39,064 nucleotides of DNA. It comes from a virus. Its lineage: Duplodnaviria; Caudoviricetes. Position 1 is the stretch's first letter. Every line of letters begins with the position of its first letter. This document shows positions 29,059 through 37,439 of this stretch, one piece after another. The DNA lies in the IMG/VR virus record IMGVR_UViG_3300017780_007355, positions 1-39,064 of that record. One strand, given 5' to 3'. The position numbers and the translations under genes were made by a program. The notes beneath the pieces were generated by a model. It worked only from the letters and a program-made list of their open reading frames with translations. It ran no database searches and had not been told where the DNA came from.

Positions 29059-29235
29059 ATGGAAAGAAAATGTATAAAAGAAGCAGACGGTCTAACCATA
29101 AATAAATTTTACAGAGTTGAGCCAATTGATAACAAAACGTATAAAGTTTATAACGACAAAAGAAAATTTGGTGTATATTCTTATGAAATTTTTGAAGTAA
29201 TTACTAAACAAATTAACTATGCTAAAGCTTACTAA
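29059..29235 (+). CDS. Small hypothetical protein (SH3-like beta fold possible)
   Basis: MERKCIK...LTINKFYRV...YKVYND; ATG 29059 preferred over TTG 29023. Confidence 0.55.
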   Translation: MERKCIKEADGLTINKFYRVEPIDNKTYKVYNDKRKFGVYSYEIFEVITKQINYAKAY

Positions 29236-29542
29236 ATTAAATTATGAGATTAGTGACGAAACCCAAAGAAAAATTACAGATATTACTGAAATTTATCAAG
29301 AACAAGTTATTGAAGCAGAAATTGTAGGTAAACCAATACCTGCAGCACCTAAGGTTAAATTGAAGACAGAGGATTACAAATGTACAGAGACTACTATGTA
29401 CTTAGATTTAAATTCTATTGAGTCAATTGAATTATCAGAAGATGCTGATACTCAAATTGTTACAAAAACAGGTGGGCTATACATAGTTAAAGAGTGTCCT
29501 GATGAAATTTTAAAATCTATTCAGGATGCAAAACAAATCTAA
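29219..29542 (+). CDS. FlbD/SwrD-like protein with internal insertion
   Basis: MLKLTKLN...MYLDLNSIESIE...DTQIVTKTGGLYIVKECPDEI parallels the FlbD-family pattern MIxLTRLN...LNxxxIExIE..PDTxIxLxxGxxYxVKE. Confidence 0.45.
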   Translation: MLKLTKLNYEISDETQRKITDITEIYQEQVIEAEIVGKPIPAAPKVKLKTEDYKCTETTMYLDLNSIESIELSEDADTQIVTKTGGLYIVKECPDEILKSIQDAKQI

Positions 29543-30230
29543 AAAATACGAAGAGATAACCGATACAATACGAGAAAAACGAGCTAGTAAGAAAAAGCCT
29601 ATCAATTTCCAAGTACAGCTAAATGATGAGCAGAAAGAGGCTAAAAAAATAATACTAGAACATGATGTAACAGTATTGTCCGGAAAAGGTGGTAGTGGTA
29701 AAACACTTCTAGCGACACAAGTAGCTTTAGATTTGTTATTCAGAGAGGTGGTAAAGAAAATTTACATTACAAGACCTACAGTTAGTGATGAAGAAGTAGG
29801 ATTTCTTCCTGGAAATTTAAAAGAAAAGTTGGACCCATGGCTTCAACCAATTTATGAAAATTTCTACATGTTGTATAACAAGGAAAAAATTGACGCTTTA
29901 TTAGCTGATGATATCATAGAAATTGTTCCAATTGCATTTATGCGAGGACGTACATTACCTGAAGCAGTTATAATAGTTGATGAAGCTCAGAACTGTACAG
30001 ACAAACAAATGGAAATGATTCAGTCTAGGATTGGGGTAAACGGAAAAATGATCATATGTGGAGATTTAGCACAAGTTGATTTAAGAAGTAACATGACAGG
30101 TTTTAAGTTTCTTTTTGAATTAGCAGAAAAAATATCTAACTATGGATCATATATCTTAAAGAAAAACCATCGTCATGGTATAGTTGACGCAATTCTTTCA
30201 GAGTATGAAAGTAAAAGAGATAATAAATAA
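29526..30230 (+). CDS. phoH: PhoH-family ATPase
   Basis: GKGGSGKT, ITRP, GFLPG.LKEK.DPW, FMRGRT, IIVDEAQN, GDLAQVD, RH. Confidence 0.95.
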   Translation: MQNKSKKYEEITDTIREKRASKKKPINFQVQLNDEQKEAKKIILEHDVTVLSGKGGSGKTLLATQVALDLLFREVVKKIYITRPTVSDEEVGFLPGNLKEKLDPWLQPIYENFYMLYNKEKIDALLADDIIEIVPIAFMRGRTLPEAVIIVDEAQNCTDKQMEMIQSRIGVNGKMIICGDLAQVDLRSNMTGFKFLFELAEKISNYGSYILKKNHRHGIVDAILSEYESKRDNK

Positions 30231-30257
30231 TTTAACATTTATTTTGAAAATTTTTTA

Positions 30258-30285
30258 GTGCTGGTATTATATACCGGCATTTTTT
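30258..30285 (+). terminator. Intrinsic terminator after phoH
   Basis: GTGCTGGTAT-TAT-ATACCGGCAT followed by TTTTT; a TACATTTG promoter box follows at 30289-30296. Confidence 0.75.
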
Positions 30286-30318
30286 GTTTACATTTGTTTT
30301 TAAATAAAACTAAATAGT

Positions 30319-30702
30319 ATGAATGATCAAGTAAATGCAATTTTGTCTGAGAATAACGCAGGGGTGAGTAGACCTAAAGAAAACAATAGTTTAATAGTAA
30401 ACTTAGAACGTACATTTTCAAACTGTCTAGAGACTGCAAAAAGAAAAAACAATGATTACGGAGGAGTTGATAGTAATCCGTACGCTAACTTTTCAAACAG
30501 TACAATAGTTGGCGTATCTATCGAGAAAGGAATTCTTGTAAGAATGATGGATAAGGTTTCAAGAATATCTACTTTGCTTGAGAAAGAGAGTCAAGTAAAA
30601 GATGAGGCGATTGAAGATACACTTGATGATCTTGTCAACTACACAGCAATATTAAAGTCTTACTTAATGGATAAGAAAAAAGATGGAAAAGGAACGTTAT
30701 AA
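30319..30702 (+). CDS. DUF1599 / nucleotide-modification-associated domain 1 (Nmad1)-like protein
   Basis: KRKNNDYG...NF...RMMDKVSRI...EAIEDTLDDLVNYTAIL. Confidence 0.75.
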   Translation: MNDQVNAILSENNAGVSRPKENNSLIVNLERTFSNCLETAKRKNNDYGGVDSNPYANFSNSTIVGVSIEKGILVRMMDKVSRISTLLEKESQVKDEAIEDTLDDLVNYTAILKSYLMDKKKDGKGTL

Positions 30703-30907
30703 TCAAATAAGAATTTTACCAATTGAGCAATTTTTGTTTCAATACTACATTGAAACCGCAAAAAATCCGATTGTAAAAAATATACAAGAGTTTATTCAAG
30801 CGTTACAGGTATGGATTTCTACTCAAGTGATGGATATAATTGCAGGAATTGAAGATATTGTAAATTATCTTGACAGAAAGTTTGTGTATGTTAGAATTAA
30901 TAAGTAA
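30683..30907 (+). CDS. Hypothetical protein
   Basis: 74-aa ORF overlapping the previous gene. Confidence 0.55.
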   Translation: MEKERYNQIRILPIEQFLFQYYIETAKNPIVKNIQEFIQALQVWISTQVMDIIAGIEDIVNYLDRKFVYVRINK

Positions 30908-30931
30908 ATTTGTTTAAATAAAAAATTAATT

Positions 30932-31627
30932 ATGAGCAAAGTATTTTTAAAATTAGAAGGATCTACAGGTAGATTTTTCGAGATGCAGAAAGAAGAAAAA
31001 GAAGGGTATGAAAAATTTACCTCTACAGCAGGAACAGTTTCATACAGAAAACATTATAAGAATGTTACTGGTGAGCTTTTAAACACAGAGATCCGTGATA
31101 CGCAATACGGTCAACAATTTCAATTTGTATTTAAAACAGAAGACTCTATAGTTAAATTAGCAGTAAATATTTTTTCTCAAGATAAAAATGTAGAGAATAG
31201 GTATATGGAATCTATTATTAAGCATTTACCAGTTATTAACAAAAATGAGACATACACAGTAAGTGCTTACAACTTTATACCTGAAGGTGAGAAGTATCCA
31301 AAAGTAGGATTTTCATTCAAGAAAGGGACAGAAAAAGTTCAATCCGTATTAAAAAACTCTTACTACAAAGATGGTAATTTGGTTGAAGGTGATATTCCTG
31401 CAGTTAAATGGGTTGAAAAACTAGGTAAGAAAAAACCATCTACAGCTTCACTAGAATTAAAAGATGAATATTTACTTAAAGTTCTACAAGAAAACAACGA
31501 ACGTTTAAAATACACTGGGTCAGCTAACACTACTACCGAACCGGAAGAACAGAAAGCAAAAGAAGAAGCTCCTAAGAAGGCTGCTGCAGTTGCTGCCACG
31601 ATAGAAGACGATGATTTACCATTCTAA
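30932..31627 (+). CDS. Putative single-stranded DNA-binding protein
   Basis: Beta-rich core, low-complexity linker and acidic tail EDDDLPF; TAAATTTG box at 30905-30912 upstream and terminator downstream. Confidence 0.65.
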   Translation: MSKVFLKLEGSTGRFFEMQKEEKEGYEKFTSTAGTVSYRKHYKNVTGELLNTEIRDTQYGQQFQFVFKTEDSIVKLAVNIFSQDKNVENRYMESIIKHLPVINKNETYTVSAYNFIPEGEKYPKVGFSFKKGTEKVQSVLKNSYYKDGNLVEGDIPAVKWVEKLGKKKPSTASLELKDEYLLKVLQENNERLKYTGSANTTTEPEEQKAKEEAPKKAAAVAATIEDDDLPF

Positions 31628-31636
31628 ATAAAAAAT

Positions 31637-31663
31637 AAAACCCTCTATAACGGAGGGTTTTTT
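31637..31663 (+). terminator. Intrinsic terminator, potentially bidirectional
   Basis: AAAACCCTC-TATAACG-GAGGGTTTTTT. Confidence 0.85.
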
Positions 31664-31703
31664 GTTTGTAACAAATTATTATTATATTTGTTAAAAAAAC
31701 AAA

Positions 31704-31943
31704 ATGAAAGATTTAGAAAATAGAAAATACCTAGTAACTCAAGTATTGAAAGCTATAAAAAAAAGTTTGCCTAAAGTTTGTACGTACTTAAGTTTGTACA
31801 CAAGAAAAGAGGGAGACATTTGTATAAGAACTGTCATACATAAGAATGAGTTATACTACTCCATTCCACAAGATTTTATTTTTACAGAAGCTTCATACGA
31901 AAGGATAAGATCTTTACTGTTTGAAGTTTGTAATCCGGTTTAG
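31704..31943 (+). CDS. Hypothetical protein
   Basis: 79 aa; TATATTTG box at 31683-31690. Confidence 0.6.
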   Translation: MKDLENRKYLVTQVLKAIKKSLPKVCTYLSLYTRKEGDICIRTVIHKNELYYSIPQDFIFTEASYERIRSLLFEVCNPV

Positions 31944-31944
31944 T

Positions 31945-32133
31945 ATGTCAATGAGAGAGATGAAATCAATATATGAGTCACTGCTTGAAAGTGGGGATTT
32001 GTTAGAGTTGTTTCCAGGCCTTACAGGAGATTGGATAAAAGATAAATTAGATTTTAAAAGGCAGTACGATATTAACAATCAAGTTTTGATTGAAGGTTAT
32101 GAATTTGATGAATTAGATGAATATGAGTTGTAA
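31945..32133 (+). CDS. Hypothetical acidic protein
   Basis: MSMREMK...LLESGDLLELFPGLTGDWIKDK; ATG 31945 follows the previous stop. Confidence 0.6.
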   Translation: MSMREMKSIYESLLESGDLLELFPGLTGDWIKDKLDFKRQYDINNQVLIEGYEFDELDEYEL

Positions 32134-33355
32134 AAAATATTTTAAACATGACATTGATTTAGCATTGTCATTAATGGAAGAATTTCCAGATCAAGGAGTA
32201 AAAGAAATTGCAGAACTATACTGCAATAAGTTAGGAATTGAATACTGTGATTCTACAAGATCAAGGATTTCAAAACTAAAACACAGCAGCAAGGATTTCT
32301 TAAATACTTCAGAAACCGAAACCAATCAGTATTCGGTTCCAATTAGTCCGTTATCCGCACTAAAGGAAGATGGTACAATAATGAAGATAGAAGAATACTG
32401 TAAACACTACGGTATAGACAATACTTCTGTACGATCATTTAAGTTGGTAACGCATACAGGTAAAGGTGCATACTATAATATTGCCTCAAAGACAATAGAG
32501 CTTAATCACTTTGAAGATTTTTCAAAAAAACTACTAAAGGACCTAGGCAATTTAAAGACACTACCACAAACCGAAATTAGGATCAAGAATGGAACAGGTA
32601 ACTTACTTGTAATAGATCCTGCAGACATACATATTGGCAAGCTGTCTAAAGCATTTGAGACCGGAGAAAACTATAACAACAATATTGCTGTAAAAAGAGT
32701 TATAAAGGGCGTTAGAGGAATCATTGAAAAATCAAAAGGATTCAGAATATCCCAAATACTTTTTATCGGAGGAAACGATATCCTTCATATAGATACTCCA
32801 AATAGAACGACTACATCTGGAACTCCTCAGGACACCGATGGTATGTGGTACGAAAACTTTTTGATCGCAAAACAATTATACATTGATGTACTAACCGATT
32901 TACTTAAGATTTCTGACGTACATTTTGTATTCAATCCCTCCAATCACGATTACATGAGTGGATTCTTCTTGGCAGATGTGATTAAAACATACTTCAAGAA
33001 CTGTAAGAACATTACTTTTGATTGTTCTATCATGCATAGAAAGTATTACACTTGGAATAGTAACCTAATTGGGACTACACATGGTGATGGAGCTAAAGAA
33101 GATTTACTTCCTTTACTTATGGCCCAAGAAAGTAAGGATTGGAGCTCAACAAAACACAGGTATATTTACACCCACCATATCCACCACAAAAAAAGTAAGG
33201 ATTATATTGGTGTAACAGTAGAAAGTTTACGTTCTCCTTCTGGAACTGACGGATGGCATCATAAAAAAGGATACCAACACTCACCAAAAGCAATTGAAGG
33301 ATTTATACATTGCCCTGTACACGGTCAAGTTGCACGTTTAACACATATATTTTAA
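32117..33355 (+). CDS. Calcineurin-like metallophosphoesterase with N-terminal extension
   Basis: Five motifs: DIHIG, GNDILH.D, SNHD, HGD, HIHH. Confidence 0.85.
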   Translation: MNMSCKKYFKHDIDLALSLMEEFPDQGVKEIAELYCNKLGIEYCDSTRSRISKLKHSSKDFLNTSETETNQYSVPISPLSALKEDGTIMKIEEYCKHYGIDNTSVRSFKLVTHTGKGAYYNIASKTIELNHFEDFSKKLLKDLGNLKTLPQTEIRIKNGTGNLLVIDPADIHIGKLSKAFETGENYNNNIAVKRVIKGVRGIIEKSKGFRISQILFIGGNDILHIDTPNRTTTSGTPQDTDGMWYENFLIAKQLYIDVLTDLLKISDVHFVFNPSNHDYMSGFFLADVIKTYFKNCKNITFDCSIMHRKYYTWNSNLIGTTHGDGAKEDLLPLLMAQESKDWSSTKHRYIYTHHIHHKKSKDYIGVTVESLRSPSGTDGWHHKKGYQHSPKAIEGFIHCPVHGQVARLTHIF

Positions 33356-33576
33356 TGAAGCACTTAATATTTTCAGCATTAATTGGATGTATCCCATACA
33401 AAGAGAATCAAAAAGAACCAGTATCTTTTAAATCTGCATTTGTAGCAGAGGATAAAAAGAAAAGGATTGCAAAAATAATACTTAATCTACGAGGAAAACA
33501 TGTAAATATACATTACAAAGGAAAAGTTTACATAATTTATGAAGATTTTACTGAAAAAAGCATAATTAATAGCTAA
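33355..33576 (+). CDS. Hypothetical protein
   Basis: ATG 33355 overlaps the upstream TAA (TAATG); MKHLIFSALIGC... Confidence 0.5.
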   Translation: MKHLIFSALIGCIPYKENQKEPVSFKSAFVAEDKKKRIAKIILNLRGKHVNIHYKGKVYIIYEDFTEKSIINS

Positions 33577-33610
33577 TTTCTGTATATTTGCATTATAGAA
33601 AATTAGTTAG

Positions 33611-34117
33611 ATGACTGAAAACAGAAAACATAATGAGCTTTTTAACTTTTTAAAGAGCAGGACACTTCCTTACATTAAGGCGAGTATAAAAGACAATGAT
33701 ACTGCTGAAGAGTTATTTCAAACAAGCTTCATTAAATTGTACACTAGTTACGGTTTAGATTTAAGCAAAAAATCTTCTTTAAATCTTATAAAAAGAATTT
33801 CAAAAAATCAAATTACAGATCACTATAGAAAAATGAAATCGTCAAAAGTAGATTTATTTTCATCGTTTGATTTTGTAAAAACAAATGAAGAATTCTATGA
33901 TTATGAATTGGAAGAAAAAGTTTTACTTATTAAAAAGCTATCAAATAATTTATCTGAGAAATGCAAAATTGTATTTGACATGTTTGCAATAGAAGGTTAT
34001 ATGCATAAAGAAATATCTGATAAGTTAAATATAAATTTTAGCACATCTAAAACTAATTTTTTTAAGGCAAAAAACAAAATAAAAAAACAATTTGATTTGG
34101 AATATTTCAAAAATTAA
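33611..34117 (+). CDS. ECF-type RNA polymerase sigma factor
   Basis: Region 2 'AEELFQTSFIKLY...RISKNQITDHYRK' and region 4 'LSEKCKIVFDMFAIEGYMHKEISDKLNINFSTSKTNFFKAK'; TATATTTG box at 33583-33590. Confidence 0.9.
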   Translation: MTENRKHNELFNFLKSRTLPYIKASIKDNDTAEELFQTSFIKLYTSYGLDLSKKSSLNLIKRISKNQITDHYRKMKSSKVDLFSSFDFVKTNEEFYDYELEEKVLLIKKLSNNLSEKCKIVFDMFAIEGYMHKEISDKLNINFSTSKTNFFKAKNKIKKQFDLEYFKN

Positions 34118-34134
34118 CTTAATTTTGTAATTAT

Positions 34135-34413
34135 ATGGAGCAACTAATTGGAAAAAGAGTATTGTTAGATCCGGAGGATCCTACAGTTACTGAGTCAGGG
34201 ATTATTATAGAAGCTACCCAAAAGAACTGGGAAGAGAAGAGGCCTGAGTATGGAACAATAGTATACGTTGGTAATAAAATAGAGTCAGAGTCTATTAAAC
34301 CAGGTGTTAGAGTTCACTTTAACAAGATGGCTGCTAAACGCCTTGATGTTAAAGGAAATACGTATATCTTATTAAGAGAAGACGATATTAACGGAGTATT
34401 TGAGGAGCAATGA
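34135..34413 (+). CDS. groES: GroES co-chaperonin
   Basis: 'RVLL...TESGIII...GTIVYVG...IKPG.RV.F.......YILLREDDI.GV'. Confidence 0.88.
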   Translation: MEQLIGKRVLLDPEDPTVTESGIIIEATQKNWEEKRPEYGTIVYVGNKIESESIKPGVRVHFNKMAAKRLDVKGNTYILLREDDINGVFEEQ

Positions 34414-34697
34414 CTAGACTTTTATGTATAAACTCTGATAGGACAGATGCCTCAAAACATTTTGAATCCTGGATTGAAGAGGGAACTGTTTACACCCTTC
34501 GTAGATACACAGGATCACTTGTTGGAAAGCAAGGTGTTTTATTAAACGAGTTAAAAAACCCTTCTGTATACATACATGAACTTGCAGGACGAGCAGAACC
34601 TTCTTTTGCAAGAGATAGGTTTACAGAGGTGGATGAGTTAATGAATATTATAGAGAATAAAGAAACTATAAAAGATGGAAGTATCTCTGATAAGTAA
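34410..34697 (+). CDS. Hypothetical protein
   Basis: 95 aa; 'LCIN....WIEEGTVYT...GVLLNEL.NP....F..DRF'; ATGA overlap with groES. Confidence 0.6.
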   Translation: MTRLLCINSDRTDASKHFESWIEEGTVYTLRRYTGSLVGKQGVLLNELKNPSVYIHELAGRAEPSFARDRFTEVDELMNIIENKETIKDGSISDK

Positions 34698-35391
34698 GAC
34701 ACAGGGTGTCGGTATGTTCGAGGGTAAATCCTTGGATGAATTAATAGTAGGTCAAGCTCGTGTTTCTACAAGTAGGGAAATGAATGATTTATTTGACGAG
34801 CCTCACAAATTATTGAGACACTGCATTTTAAATCAACATTGGTCAATTTTTGAGCTTGCTAACTTAGGTTTTAGAGTAGAGACATCTAGAGCTATTGGAA
34901 GAGAGATCCTTAGGCATGGAAAATTTGTAGGTCTTACAGAGTTCTCGCAAAGGTATTCTGATGAAATCGACTTTGAGGATATCGAGCTTAGAAAACAAGC
35001 AGTGTCCAACAGGCAATCATCAACTGATAAAGTAAAAGATATTTCTTTTGAATCAGAGTTTAGTAATGGTGATGTATACAAGCAGTGGATAAAAGAAGGT
35101 ATAGCTAAAGAGACAGCTAGAATGATTTTACCAGAGTGTACAAGAACAACTATTTACCTGAACTTTAGAATAAGAGAGTTGATCACTTTTCTTAACGCTA
35201 GATTACATAATACAGCTCAGAAAGAGATAAGAGATTTAGCTAGTATAATGCGAGATATTTTTATTCAGGAATGCCCTATTATTTCAAATTCTTTATTTAA
35301 CTTTGATCACGCAGAAGAGTTTCATGTTCTTGAGCAGGTGGTATTGGAAAAATATAAACTTAGAGATTCGGTTATAAATAAAAATAGATAA
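34675..35391 (+). CDS. thyX: FAD-dependent thymidylate synthase ThyX (variant motif)
   Basis: ARVS, HWSIFE, TSRAIGREILRH, EFSQRY, GIAKETARMILP, R....AQKEIR. Confidence 0.88.
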   Translation: MEVSLISKTQGVGMFEGKSLDELIVGQARVSTSREMNDLFDEPHKLLRHCILNQHWSIFELANLGFRVETSRAIGREILRHGKFVGLTEFSQRYSDEIDFEDIELRKQAVSNRQSSTDKVKDISFESEFSNGDVYKQWIKEGIAKETARMILPECTRTTIYLNFRIRELITFLNARLHNTAQKEIRDLASIMRDIFIQECPIISNSLFNFDHAEEFHVLEQVVLEKYKLRDSVINKNR

Positions 35392-35401
35392 GCTTGTATT
35401 T

Positions 35402-35896
35402 ATGCAATGGGATATAGAGAGATTAAAAGATGGTGTAAAAATAAAAGGACAAGATATTTCTTTTGTAGAATTTGACGAGAACGGAAGAGGATTTGCTTTG
35501 CACAAAGAACCTAAAGTAGGTTACTGTTTAATAGTTGATAAGACTGCTGTTTCTTACAAATGGATGACAACCAATATAACTGAAGTGATGAGTTTTTCGG
35601 AAAAATTCATGCAGTTTAAAACCAAAAAATCAGAATACATAATAACAAAAATACAAGAAACACAAAGGCCACCAACATTTGGAGAACAACTTGTAGGATT
35701 ATCATTCAATCCATCAGGAGATCCAAAGGTACAAAGAGTAAAAGAAATCTGTGCAGAGTTAGCAGATATATTAGACAAAGAAGGTAGGGCAAAAAATTTG
35801 CAAATATACCCTTTAGAATATGCAATTTACATGCACGCAATTGGTGAAGTATTAAATGCACAAATGAACGTAGTAAAAGTTTTAACCCTAAAATAA
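35402..35896 (+). CDS. Two-domain protein with C-terminal Acb2/Tad1-like helical hairpin
   Basis: C-half 'FGEQLVGLSFNPSGDPKVQRVKEICAELAD...AIGEVLNAQMNVVKVLT' resembles phage helical-hairpin sponge-like proteins; N-half is beta-rich and unrecognised. Confidence 0.5.
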   Translation: MQWDIERLKDGVKIKGQDISFVEFDENGRGFALHKEPKVGYCLIVDKTAVSYKWMTTNITEVMSFSEKFMQFKTKKSEYIITKIQETQRPPTFGEQLVGLSFNPSGDPKVQRVKEICAELADILDKEGRAKNLQIYPLEYAIYMHAIGEVLNAQMNVVKVLTLK

Positions 35897-35903
35897 AATA
35901 ACC

Positions 35904-36167
35904 ATGTCAGAAGGAAGAGTAACAGTTGGAAAGAGAACACCTATCGAAGGAGCAGTAGAGTGGTGTTTCAGAATTAACAATCAAGAAGTAACAGTATTTG
36001 CAACAGCAGAAAAAAATGATCCGTTAAAAATTGAGATCCCTGCAGAGTTAGAAGCTAACATTATCTTTAGCTCAGATACAGATATGTTCGAAATCTTCCC
36101 AAGAAAATTAGTGGAAGCAGAAGTAGTTGAAGAGATAAAAACTATCGAAGATGAAAACCCTTCATAG
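35904..36167 (+). CDS. Hypothetical acidic protein
   Basis: 87-aa ORF in the operon. Confidence 0.6.
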   Translation: MSEGRVTVGKRTPIEGAVEWCFRINNQEVTVFATAEKNDPLKIEIPAELEANIIFSSDTDMFEIFPRKLVEAEVVEEIKTIEDENPS

Positions 36168-36537
36168 TTTTTCAAAAAAGTCAGCAAAGAACGTTAAGGA
36201 TATCGTTTTTTGGGGAGACGCAGAAACCTTTAAACTAATCTCTAAAGCATCTTCTATGGAAGAAGGGTGGATGAAGTCTACAAAAGCTATGGAGATAGAA
36301 GAAGTAGGTGTAGTAATCCAGGTAACTACTCAGCAACGAGGAATGCAAGAAAGAAGATACTTGCTTGCAAGTGAGTTAGACAAAAAGTACGAAGACAGTA
36401 CAAGACCTGCTTGGGAAGAAGTATTAGAAACAGATTGGGATGTTGCAGAAGCACTAACATTTGTTCCTGGTGTTAAGATCGAAGAGCAAAGAGATGACTT
36501 TGGTGCTGTAACCTCACGAAAAATTGTTAAAATTTAA
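36151..36537 (+). CDS. Phage hypothetical protein
   Basis: 128 aa; 'KASS..EGWMKSTKAMEI..VG.VIQVTTQQ...AEALTFVPGV'; followed by a terminator. Confidence 0.65.
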   Translation: MKTLHSFSKKSAKNVKDIVFWGDAETFKLISKASSMEEGWMKSTKAMEIEEVGVVIQVTTQQRGMQERRYLLASELDKKYEDSTRPAWEEVLETDWDVAEALTFVPGVKIEEQRDDFGAVTSRKIVKI

Positions 36538-36543
36538 CAACAT

Positions 36544-36570
36544 AACCCCATACAACAATGGGGTTTTTTT
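36544..36570 (+). terminator. Intrinsic terminator
   Basis: AACCCCA-TACAACAA-TGGGGTT-TTTTT. Confidence 0.85.
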
Positions 36571-36572
36571 AT

Positions 36573-36580
36573 TATATTTG
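36573..36580 (+). promoter_or_regulatory. -7 box TATATTTG, 4 nt before ATG 36585
   Basis: TATATTTG-CAAT-ATG immediately after a terminator. Confidence 0.65.
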
Positions 36581-36584
36581 CAAT

Positions 36585-37265
36585 ATGAAACTACCAAGAA
36601 TATACAAAGCAGTATTACCAAAGTTCGAAAAGTACAACGGTAAACCAAAGTTATCTTACTCACAGATCACTTCTTTCAAGGATCCTTTATACAAGGAGCA
36701 ATACATACTAGGATACTTTTACGGAATTCAAGATCCAGGAAACATATACGCATTCTTTGGAGGCGAAGTTGGAGAGTACATCGAAACCGAAGGAGAACTT
36801 GTTGGAGACATGCTTGACGAAGGTACAAGAGAAGTACTCGATAGCCTAGAAAGACCTGAAGGATCTGAACACGAGGTTGAGATTGTAGTGGACCGTGGTG
36901 ACTACGTTATTCAAGGGTTCATAGATAGAATGTATCCGGTTGAAGGCGGAGTAGAAGTGCTTGACTTTAAAACAGGAAACATAGATACTAAAGCCGCATA
37001 CTACGGAAGCCAGGATTACCAACAAACAACCCTATACTCATACGCTGTAGAACAAGAAGGATTCCCTGTTAAGAAATCCTTTGTAAAGTTGCTTGGAAGA
37101 AAAGGAAATAACATGAGAGGAAACATGCTGAGACTATCCGGAGCAATAAAAGATATTCCAACCCCATACTCTACGGAGAGAGCAGAAATATTCTTAGCTA
37201 AAACAGATAGCGTAGCAAAAGAAATTTCAAGATTATACAAATTGTATTTACACCTAAACTCATAA
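36585..37265 (+). CDS. PD-(D/E)XK nuclease (RecB/Cas4-like exonuclease superfamily)
   Basis: LSYSQI, E.EI, GFIDR, VLDFKTG, Q..LY; no Fe-S cysteines. Start moved to 36585 because 36558 lies inside the terminator. Confidence 0.85.
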   Translation: MKLPRIYKAVLPKFEKYNGKPKLSYSQITSFKDPLYKEQYILGYFYGIQDPGNIYAFFGGEVGEYIETEGELVGDMLDEGTREVLDSLERPEGSEHEVEIVVDRGDYVIQGFIDRMYPVEGGVEVLDFKTGNIDTKAAYYGSQDYQQTTLYSYAVEQEGFPVKKSFVKLLGRKGNNMRGNMLRLSGAIKDIPTPYSTERAEIFLAKTDSVAKEISRLYKLYLHLNS

Positions 37266-37271
37266 TAACAA

Positions 37272-37439
37272 ATGGAAAAATTAGTAAAAGAAAGAGTGCC
37301 AATGGCAGAGCATGCATTGGTAAACAAAATAAACGAAATAGTTTTTGAGATAAACAAACTAAAGAAAAAATCCCAGGAACAACAAAGCACCTATAACAGA
37401 GCAATCAACTATACCAAATCAATATTTAATAAAAAATGA
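37272..37439 (+). CDS. Small hypothetical protein (55 aa, not in the ORF track)
   Basis: MEKLVKERVPMAEHALVNKINEIVFEINKLKKKSQEQQSTYNRAINYTKSIFNKK; fills the gap and its TGA overlaps the next ATG (ATGA). Confidence 0.6.
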   Translation: MEKLVKERVPMAEHALVNKINEIVFEINKLKKKSQEQQSTYNRAINYTKSIFNKK

